DNA of 64,000 nt from the human T2T-CHM13v2.0 reference genome, Homo sapiens. Positions 62,088 to 64,000 of this stretch are shown one piece after another. The notes under the pieces are model-generated. The model did no database searches. It saw nothing but the letters and a program-made list of their open reading frames with translations, and was not told the origin of the DNA. The stretch lies in the NCBI RefSeq assembly GCF_009914755.1, contig NC_060945.1. The stretch is one strand, 5' to 3'. Position 1 is the first letter of the stretch. Each line of letters starts with the position of its first letter. A program made the position numbers and the translations under genes.

Positions 62088-62935
62088 AATGGCAGTGGCG
62101 CCTGGCTGGCTCAAGAGCCCGGTCCAGCTACGCCCGCCTGATTCCAGGCGTCACCACCAACCGCGGGCCGCGAGGCTGGGATCAGGCACCCCGGAGCCGC
62201 TTGCCCGTGGCCGGGCTGCTCTCCCCCTCTAGGCCCAAACACCACCAGTCGCCGCGCTGCGCTTTCCGCCAACCTCCCAGAGCGTCCCGCTGTCGCCGGC
62301 GGCCAGACCACGCGCGAGACCGCCGAGGCGCCAGAGGCCTCCATCCCCTGCCAGGGCTCTGGACTCTCCAGGCAGCCACTCTCTCGCTGACACTCCAGGC
62401 CTTACCCCCGCTCTCGAGCCCCAGAGCTTCCAACACCTGGGGCCCGCTCAGAACGGGGTGTGCTCTGAGGCATCAGGGCCCAGGGCCCAGGGTCCTAGGG
62501 TCCCCTCCAGTCCTCCGCCTGGCTGCGGAAAAATTATTTTGGATCCCTCGCCGCCCCTCCTGCGAGGCCCCCTCTTGCCCCGCACACCCAGAGCCGCCAG
62601 GGCTGCCCAGGGGCGAACAGCCGGCCCAGCCCCACGGGCCCTTTTTCTCACAACGCTCACACCATCTTCGCTTGTTCCGACGAGGACCCGCCGTGGCCAA
62701 CGGGGCAGGAAGGCTCTGCTTTGCCCAGCGCCGGCACTAGAGCCCTGGCAGCCTCATCCCAGGAAAGAGGGGCTGACGGACACCCAGATACACCCCAGCA
62801 ACACCACGAGCAAACCCACCCTGACACACACACGGACACACACGGGTGCACGTGCGCAGACACACACACACACGGACACACACACACCGCACCCGGGCAC
62901 ACACACACGGACACACAAAGACACAGACACAGATA
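62088..62935 (-). repeat. Diverged 5S rDNA intergenic spacer, including a D-box-like element (62108-62119) and a (CA)n-rich stretch
   Basis: Minus-strand GGATCCAAAA...GGCGGAGGACTGGAGGG...GGGCCCTGGGCCCTGATGCCTCAGAGCAC...GAGCGGGCCC and GGGCTCTTGAGCCAGCCAGGCGCC match the recalled 2.2-kb 5S unit. Confidence 0.75.
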
Positions 62936-62943
62936 GCTTGAAG

Positions 62944-63395
62944 GGAGACCACACCTCATATTGTCTTATGCCCAATTAATGCCTCCAAAGAAAGAAGAAG
63001 TAAAATCTAAAAGGCAGAAATGAAATCCACAGGCAGACAGCCCTGCGCCACACCCTGGGCCTGGTAGTTAAAGATCGACCCCTGACCTACTCGGTTATGT
63101 TATCTATAGATTACAGACATTGTATAGAAAAGCACTGTGAAAATCCCTGTTCTGTTTTGCTCCGATCTAATTACCGGTGCATGCAGCCCCCAGTCACGTA
63201 CCCTCTGCTTCCTCAATCCATCAGGACCCTCTCACGCAGACCCCTTTAGACTTGTAAGCTCTTAAGAGGGACAGGAATTGCTCACTCTGAGAGCTAGGTT
63301 TTTGGAGACACGAGTCTGCCGATGCTCCCAGCTGAATAAAGTCCTTCCTTCTACAACTCGGTGTCAGGGTTTTTTCTGCAGCTCCTCCTGCTACA
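62944..63395 (+). mobile_element. Solo LTR2 (HERV-E/Harlequin family)
   Basis: GGAGACCACACCTCATATTGTCTTATGCCCAATT...AATAAA...CCTGCTACA, with gaag on both sides. Confidence 0.85.
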
Positions 63396-64000
63396 GAAGG
63401 AGAGAAAGGGAGAGAGTGATGGAGAAATAGAACCAGAGGGAGAGAGAGAGACAGTGATAGAGAGAGAGACAGAGAAGGGGGGAGGAGAGACAGAGAGGGG
63501 AGAAGAGAGAGCGCCACAGTAGAGCGCGAGGTGGAGGGGGAAGTAGAGAAAGGGAGAGGGTGAGGGAGTGGTAGAGTGACAGCAACAGAGCCTTAGAGAG
63601 GGAGGCTCTGCTCAGGTAGACAGGGCACCTTTCAGCAGGCCGGAGTGGGGTGGAGGGTGCTTGAGCCGGGCTAGAACAGGGTGTCAGGGCCCCACACCCG
63701 GGAAAACCAACGGAGCCCTGAGACGTGTTTTTTTTTTTTTTCTTGAATTGGTTGGTTGCTTTGCGGGTGCGTTTCATATGGTCCTTCCTTTGTTTGCTTC
63801 TTTCTGTCTCCTTGGTGCGGTGGGCCCCGAGATTTGTTGAGTGTGCCCGTTTGTCTGGAGAGAGCCGTGGTGCCAAGCGTGTCTACGGGGCAAGGCCTGT
63901 GTCTCTCTCCTGTCCTCAGGACTGGAGTTCACACGAAGTCGGTGGCATTGGAAAACCGGGTGCACAGGGACGGATTTCCTCGTGGCTGGCGAAGACTGTG

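Noticed and set aside
61886-62979. 284-aa and 173-aa ORFs
   Set aside because: Stop-poor GC-rich 5S-spacer-like DNA with no recognisable domain.

Overview
Primate (human or great-ape) genomic DNA that looks like a pericentromeric/subtelomeric segmental-duplication mosaic related to the 4q35 FSHD region. It is not prokaryotic and has no CRISPR or operon-like content. (1) An unprocessed 9-exon FRG1 paralog on the + strand (about 5967-28290) with a CpG-island promoter. It is disabled by an exon-1 donor GT>CT change, a 1-nt deletion in exon 2, a TGA in exon 3 and a lost exon-9 acceptor, but it keeps an open internal frame from exon 3 to exon 8. (2) A 5'-half tRNA-Arg(ACG) fragment in intron 6. 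(3) A single duplicated MLLT10 exon on the - strand (32096-32351). (4) A repeat-dense middle with L1PA/L1PB, Alus, MaLR/MLT2 LTRs, Made1, Tigger1, a 75-bp VNTR, and GGAA and TG tracts. (5) From 59261, a homeodomain-less, frameshifted DUX4-like/D4Z4-like unit joined to a Tigger1 remnant. It is followed by diverged 5S-rDNA spacer sequence carrying a D-box, only the first ~18 nt of 5S rRNA, and a solo LTR2. I found no convincing intact protein-coding gene and no new biological system. The points of interest are structural, evolutionary and regulatory. All homology calls rest on recalled reference sequences, and repeat boundaries are approximate.
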